A DNA stretch of 64,000 bases from contig NC_087437.1 in NCBI RefSeq assembly GCF_036321535.1, positions 22,446,001 through 22,510,000 of the forward strand, given 5' to 3'. The position numbers and the translations under genes were made by a program. The notes beneath the pieces are model-generated. The model was not told the DNA's origin. It did not search any database and was given only the letters and a program-made list of their open reading frames with translations. This document shows, in pieces, positions 61,501 through 64,000 of this stretch. Within the stretch, counting starts at the first letter, position 1. Each line of letters opens with the position of its first letter. Source of the DNA: Camelus dromedarius. Taxonomy: Eukaryota.

Positions 61501-62464
61501 ATATTTTGGGTTTTAATCCATTATAGGTTAGGGAATAAACACACATTGAATCAACTAATTACATTTTTTCTAAATACAAAACTTAGAAGAAACAATGAAT
61601 ATGATCCATGTTTAAATAGTCTAATTATTATAAGTATGAAGGTATTTCTCTTACATGTTAAATTAGTTCTAGTATCCATAAAATAAAACTATGAAACAAA
61701 TAGTACGTCTGTCTTCTGCTGTTAAAACATTACTTCATTTTCTTTCCCAGCAGAAGTAAAATCTGATCATTCTGCTTCTACCTCTTCCGCAAAAGCAAGC
61801 AGTCATTAAATGCAACTACTAGGCTGCACGTCTAAGGTCTTGGTTTCAGGTTGTATTTATGGGGTCCTGTGGCAATGACAAATGGAACCAAATACATATA
61901 TCCGGTCCACAGGGAGTGGAGCATGCTCAAAAATAGCTGAGAACTAAAATAAATTAGGAGCTCTGAAAGAAATCAAGAAGTGGCCTAGAGAAAATAATAA
62001 TAAGAGTTTCTGACTCACATGTGTGCTCAAAATTGCCTTTCAGTTTGCACAGCAAGCTTTCAGGGGTGAGCAACATCCCTGAAGGGCTGTCTGCAAGGAC
62101 TCACTTATGCAATTTTGAACGAGAACTAAAACCAACACTTTATGACACTAACTAAAAGAGCTGTTTGAGAAACCACAAAGAGGTACACAGTTAAATTCAA
62201 ATTAGTTGGCAAGCAAAGTAGTTTAGGAAACAACATGAGGTGGTCCATAATTCTTTGGGAAGAATAATGATTCTGCTAGCCAGTAAATTCTTTCCAGAGA
62301 ATCAATTTTGAGAGGACAATTAACTCTTTTTGGTTACCAGAGAACCATTTATACTGTTCTCTGTGATTTCTGTTTCTGGACCCTCTCAGAGAGCTCTTGT
62401 GTTACTAAATATTGTATAGGTATATGTATAAACATGTGTACATGATTTCACGGCTCACTGTGTG

Positions 62465-62620
62465 GTTCTAAATTATATAAAAAACTGTACTACAATGGGT
62501 GCCAGGAGACCTGGTATCTATCTGGTCATAGTTCAGACACTTAGCTAGTTGAATGACTAGTGCAATTTAAATTCATTGCCTGGCCCTCTGTTTTCTTCTC
62601 AATGAATTGAAGAAGATGGT
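62465..62620 (+). mobile_element. MIR SINE
   Basis: gccaggagacctggt...cacttagctagttgaatgact...ccctctgttttcttctc. Confidence 0.55.
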
Positions 62621-64000
62621 CTGCATTAGTGTTCTTTAAATTGGAGTATACAAGAAAATCCACCGAAGGGTGGAAGAAAATATAAGAACCTCATAATTTT
62701 TAATTAGAATTTTTGTGTATTTTAAAGTATATAAGTACCCTTGTGGGCAAAAAATTATGCTACATGCAGATAAATGCGTGACAGAACTATTTTATTTTTT
62801 CCAACAAGGGTCAAGAAACTGGCAAATACTGCTCAATGATCTCTAAGCACCTCCCCATTTTAAATGTGATCTGAATGGTTGTTTTTACATTTGCTCCAAG
62901 GTCTGCATATATGGAATTGAAGAATTATAAGTCGCCTTCCCTGTCCCCCTAGCTTCAGGTTGACTTCCTGACAACTGAATTACCAGTGTCCTTTCTTGAC
63001 CTTGATCTCCTGAAGGGCTGGTCAATGACCTCCCTCTTTGAATTGCCCCCAATTCCATAACAGTGCCCAGCAGACATCAGACACTCAAATGCAGGTTTGT
63101 AAAAGGAATGAAACTCTATTTCAAGAAATATTTATCTGCTCTAAAAAGAGAATGCAGGAGAAATTATTTTTGATCCTCGCATACAAATAGATGTTTATGT
63201 GAATTTATTAGTGGCAGGGCCCATTTTCTTCTAGTGTTTAAATTTTCTTATTCAAGACTATTGTCACCTACAGTCTCTACTACTGATAACATTATTCAGT
63301 AGTTCTTTTCTCATTAAAAGTTGATGAAGCCTTCAGATACAGCAGCTGAAAAGCAAACATCTGTCACATGGAGCATGATTTTCTTTGACATTAAATGCAG
63401 ACTTGAGGGGTTTCTAAGACCAGAGAATATTGCGTTTTTGGACAGGAAATATTGATTATATCATCAGAACAAAGAGCGAGAGCAAACGAGAAAGAAAAAA
63501 AAAATGTGTCTTCCTCTCAGACGATACTCTGAGGGGTTTTAAGGTTGATGGGTTATTTTTCCATGCCACACTTTTATTTATTTTTGATCTGGTAAAAAGA
63601 GACATTTCTGACAGGTTTCCTACCAACCACTGCTGAACGTGAACCTGGAACTGAAAAGTCAAAGATTTAGCGAAATAGAAAACTCCTTCAGGGAATATGA
63701 AAGATTCCAAGTTTCCAAAGCGTACAATCACTGTCTAGTTCACCATATTTGGCAATGCCACAGTCCGCAAATTAATCATGAGTCTGCGGGATGTAAGAGT
63801 ATCAATTCAGAAAACAACACACATCTATGCTCTTATTTCTAGATTCTTCAATGCAGAAGGTAGGCATGCATTTAAGAGTTACTTCTTGTCAATGCTGCAA
63901 GGTTTATAAATTTCCATTTAAAACAAAAATCTCCTTCAATAATGTAGTAGTGAATATTTATGCAAATTAACTTGAGGCCTAGAGAAGAAGAAAAATCCCC

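Noticed and set aside
55460..64000. Search for exon 8 (LTKFTKL...)
   Set aside because: Not found. It lies beyond the right edge of the window.
1..64000. tRNA, rRNA, snRNA, snoRNA genes or a CpG-island promoter
   Set aside because: None recognised by eye. An Infernal/Rfam scan would be needed to exclude small RNAs.

Overview
This is mammalian genomic DNA, about 99.5% intronic. It is probably camelid: I see camelid/artiodactyl-type L1 3' ends and no Alu, B1/B2, Bov-tA, PRE-1 or SINEC elements. The window lies inside SLC9A9 (NHE9, endosomal Na+/H+ exchanger) on the minus strand. It holds three coding exons: 55371-55459, 11647-11760 and 9974-10085, which are exons 9, 10 and 11 by human numbering as I recall it. 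The 1561-bp intron between exons 10 and 11 is a minor-spliceosome (U12, GT-AG subtype) intron. It also contains a perfect U2 donor and a strong U2 acceptor. The rest is a mosaic of old repeats (L2, MIR, CR1/L3, L1M, MaLR/ERVL LTRs, hAT and Tc1/mariner elements), a few young 5'-truncated L1 tails with target-site duplications (TSDs), and microsatellites. The most unexplained structures are: (1) a ~215-bp inverted repeat, ~88% identical, at 39206-40058 with unusual junctions; (2) a Helitron-like coding fossil near 19.0-19.25 kb; (3) an orphan ~305-bp insert splitting an L2; (4) several candidate cryptic, poison or terminal exons. None of the listed ORFs corresponds to a real gene product. I found no convincing novel multi-gene system. 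Repeat subfamily names are recognised from memory and need Dfam/RepeatMasker confirmation.
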